DNA of 64,000 nucleotides from Acidobacteriota bacterium (lineage in GTDB: Bacteria; Acidobacteriota; UBA6911; RPQK01; JAJDTT01), in assembly GCA_965217775.1 (NCBI GenBank), contig CBDCJH010000002.1:2208001-2272000 (forward strand). Direction: 5' to 3'. A program made the position numbers and the translations under genes. A model generated the notes under the pieces. The model saw only the letters and a program-made list of their open reading frames with translations, searched no databases and was not told where the DNA came from. Positions 27,953 through 36,396 of this stretch are shown here, piece by piece (position 1 is the stretch's first letter; each line of letters starts with the position of its first letter).

Positions 27953-27982
27953 ATTATGAGATTGCCTGAGAGCTGGTGTCAA
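27953..27982 (-). promoter_or_regulatory. Sigma70 promoter of the Rrf2-cys operon
   Basis: TTGACA-18 nt-CATAAT. Confidence 0.65.
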
Positions 27983-28010
27983 GATTTTGCCGGGTGGTGA
28001 GGACCTCCCG

Positions 28011-28850
28011 TCAACAGGTCACGAACTCGACGTCCGGCCGGTGGAGAATCAGGCTGGCGGAGTAACCGCGGTCCAGGAAGAGGCGGACCGCCCGGCGCCC
28101 TTCCTCGCCGTAGCTGAGGGTGCGCTGGTTGACGTACATCCCGACGAACTCGTCGCCCTGGCGCCGGCCCAGCCCCCTGCCAAAACTCAGAGCATAGTCC
28201 AGGGCCTCGTCCCGATGTTCCAGGGCATAGCGGATGCTTTCCTTCAAGAGCCGGCAGACCTGGTGGATCCGTTCCTTTCCCAGATCCCTTCGGATCACGT
28301 TTCCCCCCAGAGGAAGGGGAAGACCGGTACTCTGGTTCCACCATCGGCCCAGGTCCACGACACAGTGCAGGCCCAGACTCTGGTACAGCAGTTGGCCCTC
28401 GTGGATGATCAGACCCGCATCCACCTCTCCGGCCTGTACGGCGGGGATGATCCGGTCGAAGTCCATCACCCGGTATCGCAGCTTGGGCTCCAACAGCTTC
28501 AGAGCCAGGAGGGCGGAGGTTTTTTCGCCCGGCGCCGCCACCAGCAGCGTTGAGATCCGTTCCACGTCGAACGGTTCCCGAGCGACGAGAACCGGTCCGT
28601 AGCCTTCCCCCATGCTGGCGCCGCTGTCCAGCAGGGCATAGCGGTCGGCGAGATAAGCATAGGCATGGATGCTCACAGCCGTCACCTCGTATCGGCCATC
28701 CTTGGCATCTTGATTCAGGCTCTCGATGTCCTTGAGTTCGTGCACGAATTGGAGTCCACCCGTGTCCATGGCGCCGGTGGCCAACGCGTAGAACATGAAG
28801 GCGTCGTCGCTGTCGGGACTGTGAGCTACGTGAATCACCTGATCTGTCAC
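28011..28850 (-). CDS. MqnA/MqnD-family menaquinone (futalosine pathway) protein, MqnD-like
   Basis: HSPDSDDAFMF, YGP, IHEGQ and GLPLPLG motifs; GTG start with AGGAG RBS. Confidence 0.85.
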   Translation of the reverse strand: MTDQVIHVAHSPDSDDAFMFYALATGAMDTGGLQFVHELKDIESLNQDAKDGRYEVTAVSIHAYAYLADRYALLDSGASMGEGYGPVLVAREPFDVERISTLLVAAPGEKTSALLALKLLEPKLRYRVMDFDRIIPAVQAGEVDAGLIIHEGQLLYQSLGLHCVVDLGRWWNQSTGLPLPLGGNVIRRDLGKERIHQVCRLLKESIRYALEHRDEALDYALSFGRGLGRRQGDEFVGMYVNQRTLSYGEEGRRAVRLFLDRGYSASLILHRPDVEFVTC

Positions 28851-28908
28851 TGAGGATCTCCTGTTTCGCCGGCCGTTCGGCCCCGGCTGATACCGTCGAG
28901 AGGCCGCA

Positions 28909-29631
28909 CTATAGCAAAAATGAAACGATGTCCTGCAAGTCCTCGACGCGATGCTCGGCGCGGCCCACCCAACGTCGTCCGGGATCGTAAAGAAGAGCGT
29001 GCAGACCCGCCGCCCGGCCGGCATCGTAGTCCTCCTCCGGATGATCTCCTACATGGAGGCACCGGCCCGGGACGGACCCGGCCTGCCGGATCACCATCCG
29101 GAACATCGCTTCCTCAGGTTTGGCATGAGAGGACTCGGAGGAAACTGAAACCAGATCGAAGAATTGACGGATCCCCAACGCCTTCAAAACCGAGTCGATC
29201 CGGCTGTCGAAGTTGGAGATGATACCCAGGTTTCGCCCCTGGAGCTGGAGGCGACCCAGGACCCGCCGGCATCCGGGCTCCAGCTCCCAGGCAGCGTCCG
29301 TGGCGAAGAGATCGAAGACCGATTCGAAAAAACTGTCGAACCGGGGGAATGGCCCCAGGTCCCGGAAGGTTTCGCGAACCACCTCCCTCCACCATTCTTT
29401 CTGGGCGGTTTCTCCGGATCGTTCGGCCAGGGGAGACGCCGTCTGAACCTTCCGAAAAGCCCGCTTGAAGGCACGGTCGATGCGAACGGTCCCGGCCTGA
29501 CCCCCGGCGTCCCGGAAGCCGTGGCGGGAGGCTTCCCGACCGTAGATTTCTCCAACCGAACCGCGGACCCGGAACAGAGTTCCCACGGCGTCGAAGAACA
29601 CCCACTGTATCTTCCAGGGCGGACCCATCAT
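28909..29631 (-). CDS. HAD-IA family hydrolase
   Basis: FDAVGTL, ISNFD, KP and HVGD...D motifs. Confidence 0.88.
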   Translation of the reverse strand: MMGPPWKIQWVFFDAVGTLFRVRGSVGEIYGREASRHGFRDAGGQAGTVRIDRAFKRAFRKVQTASPLAERSGETAQKEWWREVVRETFRDLGPFPRFDSFFESVFDLFATDAAWELEPGCRRVLGRLQLQGRNLGIISNFDSRIDSVLKALGIRQFFDLVSVSSESSHAKPEEAMFRMVIRQAGSVPGRCLHVGDHPEEDYDAGRAAGLHALLYDPGRRWVGRAEHRVEDLQDIVSFLL

Positions 29632-29677
29632 TTCCAGCCGGAAGCGGTAGTTGCTTCGGAATTGTAGCCTGTTCTGA

Positions 29678-30340
29678 CTAAAAGCCGACGGGACGGGCCG
29701 CACCCGTCAGGAACGGGTTGTAGAGTCGCTCCTCACCCACCGTGGTCACGGGTCCGTGGCCCGGATACAGGATAGTGTCGTCTCCCAGGGGAAGGATCCG
29801 GTTTCGAATGGTCTCGATCAGGACGTCGTAGGACGACGAGGGCAGATCGGTCCGGCCGATGGATCCCTGAAACACCGTGTCCCCGCAGAACAGGTGATTC
29901 TCCACTTCCAGCGAGACGCTGCCGGGGGAGTGACCGGGCGTGTGATGCACGCGGATTTGCAGGCAGTCCAAGCTCAAGGTTTGTCCGTCCTCCAGCACAT
30001 CGGTCGGCGGCGGCGCAGGGTCGCAAGTGAGCCCGAACCAATAGCCCCATTCGGGCAGAGCGTCGTAGATGGGTCGATCCTCAGGGTGCAGGTAGATGGG
30101 GGTTCCCCACTCTTCCACCACTTGTCCGACTCCCGTGATGTGATCCACGTGGGCATGGGTCAGCACCACGGCGATCAAGTTGAGGCGGCGCTCCCGAATC
30201 CGGGCCAGAAGGCGCGAAGCCTCGTCCCCGGGGTCGATGTAGACGGCGTTTCCGGTGGCCGGGCAGGACAGGATATAGCCGTTCTTGAAGAACGGACCCA
30301 CTGCGTCCGACTCGATCTCGAAGGAACTCACAACGCGCAT
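29678..30340 (-). CDS. MBL-fold metallo-hydrolase (glyoxalase II/YcbL-like)
   Basis: THAHVDH, TPGHSPG, GDT..SIGRTD and PGHG motifs. Confidence 0.9.
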   Translation of the reverse strand: MRVVSSFEIESDAVGPFFKNGYILSCPATGNAVYIDPGDEASRLLARIRERRLNLIAVVLTHAHVDHITGVGQVVEEWGTPIYLHPEDRPIYDALPEWGYWFGLTCDPAPPPTDVLEDGQTLSLDCLQIRVHHTPGHSPGSVSLEVENHLFCGDTVFQGSIGRTDLPSSSYDVLIETIRNRILPLGDDTILYPGHGPVTTVGEERLYNPFLTGAARPVGF

Positions 30341-30528
30341 ATTCTCAGGCTCGAGGACCCGCAGGTCAACCGTCTTCGGATTGCCGACCTTGATTCCAGC
30401 AACGTGATATCCAATATGACCAGATGGTCGCCGGCGAGGCCCCCCGCGATGTCGAGAACCGCAGCCGTTCCCTCCTCCTCGATGTAGAGCTTGATCAGCG
30501 CGCTGGTGTCGAAACAGTAGCTTGCCAT
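30328..30528 (-). pseudogene. Truncated VapC/PIN toxin
   Basis: MASYCFDTSALIKLY..E.G start; only 66 aa, about half a PIN domain. Confidence 0.7.
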
Positions 30529-30537
30529 CGGCGCGCC

Positions 30538-30945
30538 TCAGTTCCGATCGTCCAGGACCGTATTCGAAATCGAGCCGCCACGAATTCGCACCGGGTTGAA
30601 GCGGGACGTCCGAGCAGTCGCATCCGTCCGAAGCCGCGGGTGACTTCGATTCAGTCGGATCGCCGTCGTCGGGTGCAACGGCGAGTTCGGATCGGAACCC
30701 CCGCCAGTTTCGCCGGAGGCGGTTCCAGCGGGTTCGGGCCGAATTCCATGATCCTGAGGCTCTTCCACGGGATCGAAATTTATCATGACTTCGCAGTTGC
30801 CTCCATCGAAGTAGCTTGCCGAAGCCGTTTCTCGAACCTTCCGCCTCTTCCTTCCGCTCTCGGACGTGTAGTAGACGGTCACCTTCGGCTTGTAGCCGAA
30901 CATAGGCAGATGACGAAGCCCTTCCAGCTTGGAGGGCAGCACCAA
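30538..30945 (-). CDS. Hypothetical or chimeric ORF with an antitoxin-like C-terminus
   Basis: Ends PVRIRGGSISNTVLDDRN directly upstream of the vapC fragment; N-terminus unassigned. Confidence 0.35.
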   Translation of the reverse strand: MVLPSKLEGLRHLPMFGYKPKVTVYYTSESGRKRRKVRETASASYFDGGNCEVMINFDPVEEPQDHGIRPEPAGTASGETGGGSDPNSPLHPTTAIRLNRSHPRLRTDATARTSRFNPVRIRGGSISNTVLDDRN

Positions 30946-31056
30946 GTCAGGTAGATTTGAATAAGGACTGTCCCCATTTTTCTGCCATAAGGACTTTCCC
31001 CATTGTTCTGGGAGTTCGGGAGAACAGGGGAAGCAGGTTTGAACCAGGATCGCGAC

Positions 31057-31188
31057 GTAGGGGCACCCCTTGTGGGTGCCCGCTGTCGCCGCTTACTGTC
31101 CGGCGCAGGGAGGGCAACCACAAGGGTTGCCCCTACGTGCCCGGGGAGGGCGACCACACGGGAGGGCGACCACAAGGGTCGACCCTAC
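31057..31188. repeat. GTAG-type REP cluster (REPIN-like)
   Basis: GTAGGGGCACCCCTTGTGGGTGCCC with inverted GGGCAACCACAAGGGTTGCCCCTAC and GGGCGACCACAAGGGTCGACCCTAC. Confidence 0.8.
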
Positions 31189-31225
31189 GTACGATGCGAA
31201 AATTGTCAGGCCCGCAGGGCCGCAG

Positions 31226-31543
31226 TTAACTTGCCCGCCGCCGGATCGCATCCAGCTTGTAGCCTCTCCCACGCAGGGTCCGGATCCGTTTTCCCGCCTT
31301 CCCCAGCTTCTTCCGGAGCCGTCCCACGTGAGTATCCACTGTCCGCTCGCCGCCCTGGTAGTGCTCTCCCCAGGCCGCGTCCAGTAGTTGACGGCGGCTC
31401 AGAGTCCGTCCCGCGTTGCGCAACAGGCAAACCAGAAGATTGTATTCGGTGAGAGTCAGGCGGAGCACGCGTCGTCCGGCCCGCGCCGTAAACTGCTCCA
31501 GATCCACGGAAATGCCCCCAGCACGGATGATGTCAGGAGACAT
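31226..31543 (-). CDS. Stand-alone OmpR/PhoB winged-helix DNA-binding protein
   Basis: LTLTEYNLL, SRRQLL..AWG, RTVDTHVGRLRKKL and IRTLRGRGY; no receiver domain. Confidence 0.8.
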   Translation of the reverse strand: MSPDIIRAGGISVDLEQFTARAGRRVLRLTLTEYNLLVCLLRNAGRTLSRRQLLDAAWGEHYQGGERTVDTHVGRLRKKLGKAGKRIRTLRGRGYKLDAIRRRAS

Positions 31544-31739
31544 GGTAGTCCGTGCCGAAGGTCCGGCATGCCAGCCGGACGAACGATGCGCTGGCCCTTG
31601 CGAAGGAGGAGCACTCTCGTGCCCTCCCGTCGCCATCCGACAGAATGTGAACGAAGAATAAAGCCCCGGGGCGCGATTCAGCGCCCTTCGAACCTCGCGA
31701 AATCTCTTGTCCCGGGACCATGTTTCCCGTCGTGCGGTT

Positions 31740-34265
31740 TCAGGACCGGACCAGGACGAGGTCTTGGCCCCGGCTGGAGGCGTACTCGGAATTCGGGCGG
31801 GTGATGCGAGCCAGAGTCTTGGCCAGGGGATACGAACTCTCCACCTTGGAAGCCCCGACCCCCACCGGGATGAAGTTGCCGCCGTGAGCATCCCAGATGG
31901 CCTTGTTCACCCGATAGGCGCGCTCTTGAGCCGCTGCGAAAGAGGCGTCCGCAAACACGTCGCGGAACTCGGTCATGCGACCCGATTCATCCAATTGGAT
32001 CCAGGCGGATACGGCGACTCCCCGGCTGGAGATGGTGGCGATGGCGTCCCGGAAAGAGAGCGGCGTCGGAAACATGTAGTGGGACCCCCGCCCGTCCCCC
32101 TGAGTCATGTAGAAATGGTCCCGCATGAAGAGATTGAGCCCCTCGGCCAGCGGCTCCACCGACAGCAGCACGGGATCATCCTTGCCCAGATACTCCCCCC
32201 CCGAAATGACAGCCAGCTTTTCGGTGGAAGCCGACAGCAGGACCTCGTCCAGACATTGGCGAGGCCGCGACGGATCGAATTCCCCGTTCCGACTCCACAC
32301 CCGTTTGACGTTGAACTTCTCGACGGCCCCCAGCAGCGTCTGGCAATGCCCCGACTCGGTTTCCAGGTCCAGGAAGATCCGGCGATGGTGCTCCACGTCC
32401 CAGACCTCCAGAACGGCCCCCACGCCACCGATGGAGTCGAGGTGCCGTTGCAGTGAACCGCTGGTCCGGGCGTGATTCAGGCTCCACCAGACGGGCAGGT
32501 TGAAGGCCGAGGGTCCGGCCTTGTCGATGGACAGAAGACCGACCCGCTGCGTGCGGTTGAGGGGGAGCTCGGCGAAGCCGGGTCCCTGCCCCGATACGTT
32601 GCCGGAAAAGACGGGTTCGGGCTCGCCGGCCTCGACCAACCCGGCCTTCCAGTCCCGGTAGGATTTCTCGAGGACCCCAATCCGGGACCGCTCGACCTCG
32701 GGCAGGTGATCGGCCAACAATTCCAGAAACCGATCGGTGAGGTGAGCCAGCTCCTCCGTGGCACGGCCGGCAGAGGCGTCGCCCACCAGATCCTGGCCCA
32801 GACCGTACCACTTGTAGCCCAGCGTGCTGGCGACCCAGACCTGGCGAAAGAAGGTTCGATAGGCAAAGAGGTGGACCGCATTGTCGTCGGCGCCGCGGAA
32901 ATGGGTCATGAGGAGGTGCTCGTCATCTCCCACTTCGATGATCTCGGAGGTCGAGGAGATGAGACCCAGCTCCGTCGCTTCCTGGAGACTCGCCTTGGCG
33001 ACGAACCGGAAATGGTTCGGCGGCGTCGTGTGTCCCACCTTGCCTCCACCGTCGGCCTTGATGTCCGAGATGGTGAAACGCGCCCGCTGGTTGGCGCCCG
33101 CAATCAGGGAATCCTGGTCGGGTATATCTTCTAGTCGACCTGCGAGTCGACCGGCCAGTACCGCGGCCCTGGATTCCGACGCTTGGGGATTCAGATAGGG
33201 CTCGAACTCGCCGTGTCCGGCCATCTGCCGGATCAGTTCGGCGGCGTCCCGTTGCAGACAGCGGGTCTCGGGACGATTCTGGTCGAAAATATCCACGACG
33301 TCGGTGTCCGAGGGGATGCGGCCTCGATCGAAAGACTGGTAGGCGTAGGCCACGATCCGGGCGGCTCCCTCGCCGGAACGGAGGGGACGGCTTCCGGGAA
33401 AGTCCACCGGTACCAGCCCGACCCGGTACTCTCCGGCACGCCCTCCCGGTCCGAAATGAAACTCTCCGGCGGCCTGGGTGAATTCGCCGATGGCGGGAAG
33501 CCCCGACTGGGAGCGTCCGATCAGGATGGGATTGAAGTTTCCTCCCACCAGAGCGGCCGGCTCATCCCGCAGATCGCCCTCGGCGAACCTGCCCCGAACC
33601 GCGTAGACCTGACTCAGACGCCACTGCTCAGCATCGGCGATGAGAGCCACCAGCTCGTTCAGTTGGCCCGGTCCGAACTCGTAGGTCCGGACCCGATCCC
33701 GGCCTGCGGCCAGATCTTCGATCGATTCGACCACGCCGAGGTAGTCGTTGGCCTCGATCCTCCGTCCGGAGCCCTTATCCGGGTTGAAGAAAAGATTGAA
33801 GAGAGACCGGTTGAAGAAACCCCACGCGCCGTCCAGGGCTTTGGCCACGAAGATGGGTTCGGCCCCTCGCTCGGTATAGGGAAAGTTCAGGAGGCGGACA
33901 CCCAGAGCCTCCCGCTGCGCGTCCCCGGAAAGTGAGAAGACTTCCTCGGCCTCGGGTCCGGTCAGACCGGCCGCCAGCGCCTGTTCCAGGGCTTTGAGTC
34001 CACCCTGCAGTCCAATCCCGGCCGAAACCTCTACCGCAGCCTCATTGGAAAAGTCTCCATTGAGGCTGGAGAAATGGATGTGAACGTCCCCGCCGAAGCC
34101 TCGGACCCAGGACCCGCGAAGACCGGATCGGAGGACCGAGGCGGCCACTTCATCTCTGACGGCCTGCACGATGGCGGCCGGAGTCTCCGCCGCGGTCCAG
34201 CGGCCCAGATCTACGGAAACGATGGTGACATTGGATTGTTCGGAGACGGAATTCCCCGTTTTCAT
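31740..34265 (-). CDS. Tandem two-domain fructose-1,6-bisphosphate aldolase/phosphatase (FBPase class V) homolog
   Basis: C-half: IKADGGG..GH, VGDD.HL.MTH, YGLGQDL, FSGNV.GQGPG.AE, DK, YLGKDDP, RGSH. N-half: ERGAEP, RSQSGLPAIGE, HGEFEP. Confidence 0.82.
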   Translation of the reverse strand: MKTGNSVSEQSNVTIVSVDLGRWTAAETPAAIVQAVRDEVAASVLRSGLRGSWVRGFGGDVHIHFSSLNGDFSNEAAVEVSAGIGLQGGLKALEQALAAGLTGPEAEEVFSLSGDAQREALGVRLLNFPYTERGAEPIFVAKALDGAWGFFNRSLFNLFFNPDKGSGRRIEANDYLGVVESIEDLAAGRDRVRTYEFGPGQLNELVALIADAEQWRLSQVYAVRGRFAEGDLRDEPAALVGGNFNPILIGRSQSGLPAIGEFTQAAGEFHFGPGGRAGEYRVGLVPVDFPGSRPLRSGEGAARIVAYAYQSFDRGRIPSDTDVVDIFDQNRPETRCLQRDAAELIRQMAGHGEFEPYLNPQASESRAAVLAGRLAGRLEDIPDQDSLIAGANQRARFTISDIKADGGGKVGHTTPPNHFRFVAKASLQEATELGLISSTSEIIEVGDDEHLLMTHFRGADDNAVHLFAYRTFFRQVWVASTLGYKWYGLGQDLVGDASAGRATEELAHLTDRFLELLADHLPEVERSRIGVLEKSYRDWKAGLVEAGEPEPVFSGNVSGQGPGFAELPLNRTQRVGLLSIDKAGPSAFNLPVWWSLNHARTSGSLQRHLDSIGGVGAVLEVWDVEHHRRIFLDLETESGHCQTLLGAVEKFNVKRVWSRNGEFDPSRPRQCLDEVLLSASTEKLAVISGGEYLGKDDPVLLSVEPLAEGLNLFMRDHFYMTQGDGRGSHYMFPTPLSFRDAIATISSRGVAVSAWIQLDESGRMTEFRDVFADASFAAAQERAYRVNKAIWDAHGGNFIPVGVGASKVESSYPLAKTLARITRPNSEYASSRGQDLVLVRS

Positions 34266-34286
34266 TTTGCTTATGACTCCCAGGCA

Positions 34287-34358
34287 CCAGGAGCCTGCGC
34301 GGCAGAAATTGATCTACTGCTTTCTCGCTACGATCATTTCTACAGCGCAGACTCCTGG
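34287..34358. mobile_element. MITE family B, internally deleted copy
   Basis: Both MITE-B ends joined: GAGCCTGCGCGGCAGAAATTGATCTACTGC|TTTCTCGCTACGATCATTTCTACAGCGCAGACTC. Confidence 0.8.
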
Positions 34359-34684
34359 AAAAAACGATTCAACCGTACCGGCGACGGAATCTTCAGGACC
34401 GGTATCACAGCCGTCGATCAACCAACTCTCACTCGGACGGCGTTATTGTACCTTTCTCCCCCGAAAAAAACGTCGTCCGCCGATGCTCACAGCCCCACAT
34501 CGCCGACTCCCGAAGACGGGACCGGAACAGAGTCTCGGTGAGTCTGCGGATCATCAGGTCCGATGATGCGGTCTGGTACCGGAGATTGGCGATAGTTGAA
34601 CTCTCGCAGACGCTCGCCAACAAGGAGCGATAGGGGACAGTGGAACGTCGCCACCCGTCAGGAGGCGGGGACATTGCAAGGCGG

Positions 34685-36208
34685 TTATGCTCTCGACCGG
34701 CGAAGTTCCCGGATGCCCTCGGAAAGAATGCGCAGGAAGCTGGATCGGTTCTGCCAGAGCAACAGGATCCAATGCCGCTTCTTCATCTGGGGAAAGTAGA
34801 TGCCCCGGAACGCCAGCCGCGTGAAGAACATCAAGGTTCGTTCGTGGAAGGGACGCCCCTCGATTTTCTTCAATGCCTGGGCCGTGGTCTGGGGTGAATA
34901 AGACCGTCTCCAGGCTTCGTGCACTTCGGCTTCGGCCGCCTTGACGCTGATGTTGTTGGGAGTGAAGGCCATGCGGAAAGGCCTGAAATCGAGCCAGTGT
35001 TTGGGACGGGTCAGCCGCTTCTGCGCCAACAGACGATCATACAACGGGGTTGCGGGATACGGCGTCAGCAAGCCGAACACGGGCAGCCCCGGAGGCCAGC
35101 TGTCGATGATGTCCAGGGTCTTCCGGGCCACTCCCGGACGATCACCGTCCATCCCGAAGATGAAGGAGGTGATGGAGTAAATTCCGCGTCTGGCGAGGCG
35201 ATCCAGGACCTCCGCGTATTGCGCCGGTTTGTTGAAGCCCTTGTTCACTCCCTTGAGGTTCTCGTCGTCAATCGACTCGAGACCCATGAAAATCCAGCGA
35301 CCGCCACTCTCCTTGATCAGGTCCACCAGTTCTTCGTCCTTCAGCAGGTTCACGCTGATCTGAGCTACCCAGGGAATTATGGCATCCTGCGCAATGATTT
35401 CCCGAAGCAGCGATTTGGTCCGCCGCTTGTTGAGGGCGAAGTTGTCGTCGATGAAGAAAACGCCGACTCTACTGTCCTCCTTTCGGGCCCGGGCCTTGAG
35501 CCGCAGCATCTCGTCAACGACGCTCTGATCGCTTCGGAAGCGAATGGAGTCGCCGAAGAACCCGGTGACGGTGCAGAAATCGCATCCGTACGGACAGCCC
35601 CGGCCGGACTCGATGGGTACGACGTAAAGGCCCTTCCAAGTGTTTCCCGCTTTCCTCAGCAGGTAGCGGCCCCAGTTGGGGATCTTGGACATGAGGTCGA
35701 ACTGGCTCAAGTCCAGATCTTCCCATGGAATGTGGGGGTAGTCGTCCAGAGAGGGCTTGACCTCATGACCCGTTTCATCGACTGGCTTGTAGACTTCTTG
35801 GAGCTGACCCGCCTCCGCGTCGGCCACGATCTTGGGCCAGACGTCATCCGCTTCCCCCAGCGCCACGGCGTCGGCGTGGCGAGGTTCGCCGCTCCTTCCG
35901 ATCGGCTCGTCGGGAACCTCGGTCACGTGGGGTCCCCCCATCACGACCTTGGCGCCCGCCGACCGAATGGCGTCGGCCATCTGGTACGCGCGCGCCGCCA
36001 TCCGGGTCATGGCCCCGATGCCGGCCAACTGGATATCGTTCTCCTTGACGAATTCCATGATGTCCGCCCGCGTCATGGGCTGGGCGTTCCCGTCGATCAG
36101 GAACACCTTGTGCCCCGGAGGCGTCACCGCCTGCAGCACAAACATCCACAGATGCGGCATGTAGTTTTTCGTCACCTGGTTGTCGGGGTTGTACAGCAAA
36201 ATGTTCAT
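34685..36208 (-). CDS. B12-binding-domain radical SAM protein
   Basis: VMGGPH, RGCPYGCDFC, FIDDN, GLES and TPYPATPL motifs. Confidence 0.9.
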   Translation of the reverse strand: MNILLYNPDNQVTKNYMPHLWMFVLQAVTPPGHKVFLIDGNAQPMTRADIMEFVKENDIQLAGIGAMTRMAARAYQMADAIRSAGAKVVMGGPHVTEVPDEPIGRSGEPRHADAVALGEADDVWPKIVADAEAGQLQEVYKPVDETGHEVKPSLDDYPHIPWEDLDLSQFDLMSKIPNWGRYLLRKAGNTWKGLYVVPIESGRGCPYGCDFCTVTGFFGDSIRFRSDQSVVDEMLRLKARARKEDSRVGVFFIDDNFALNKRRTKSLLREIIAQDAIIPWVAQISVNLLKDEELVDLIKESGGRWIFMGLESIDDENLKGVNKGFNKPAQYAEVLDRLARRGIYSITSFIFGMDGDRPGVARKTLDIIDSWPPGLPVFGLLTPYPATPLYDRLLAQKRLTRPKHWLDFRPFRMAFTPNNISVKAAEAEVHEAWRRSYSPQTTAQALKKIEGRPFHERTLMFFTRLAFRGIYFPQMKKRHWILLLWQNRSSFLRILSEGIRELRRSRA

Positions 36209-36396
36209 GAAGGCTTCCTCGATCCAGGGTCCGGCAACCGGCCCCTTCCCACCATTAGCAGACTAGAAAACAGCGACACACAGAGGTTCTCAAGGGAGTT
36301 CAAGCACAGAGTTTACTTGAGCCGGTTTTCGATGTACAGGGCTCGACCCAAGGTTGCCTCGAATCCAGCCAGAATGGCAGCAGGCCAAAACCGGGA

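Noticed and set aside
31057-31188. Possible CRISPR array
   Set aside because: Repeats are inverted palindromic GTAG REPs without regular unique spacers; no cas genes present.
18183-34265. Calvin-cycle or autotrophy cluster (tkt plus FBPA/P)
   Set aside because: The genes are ~12 kb apart in different operons; no RuBisCO or PRK in the window.
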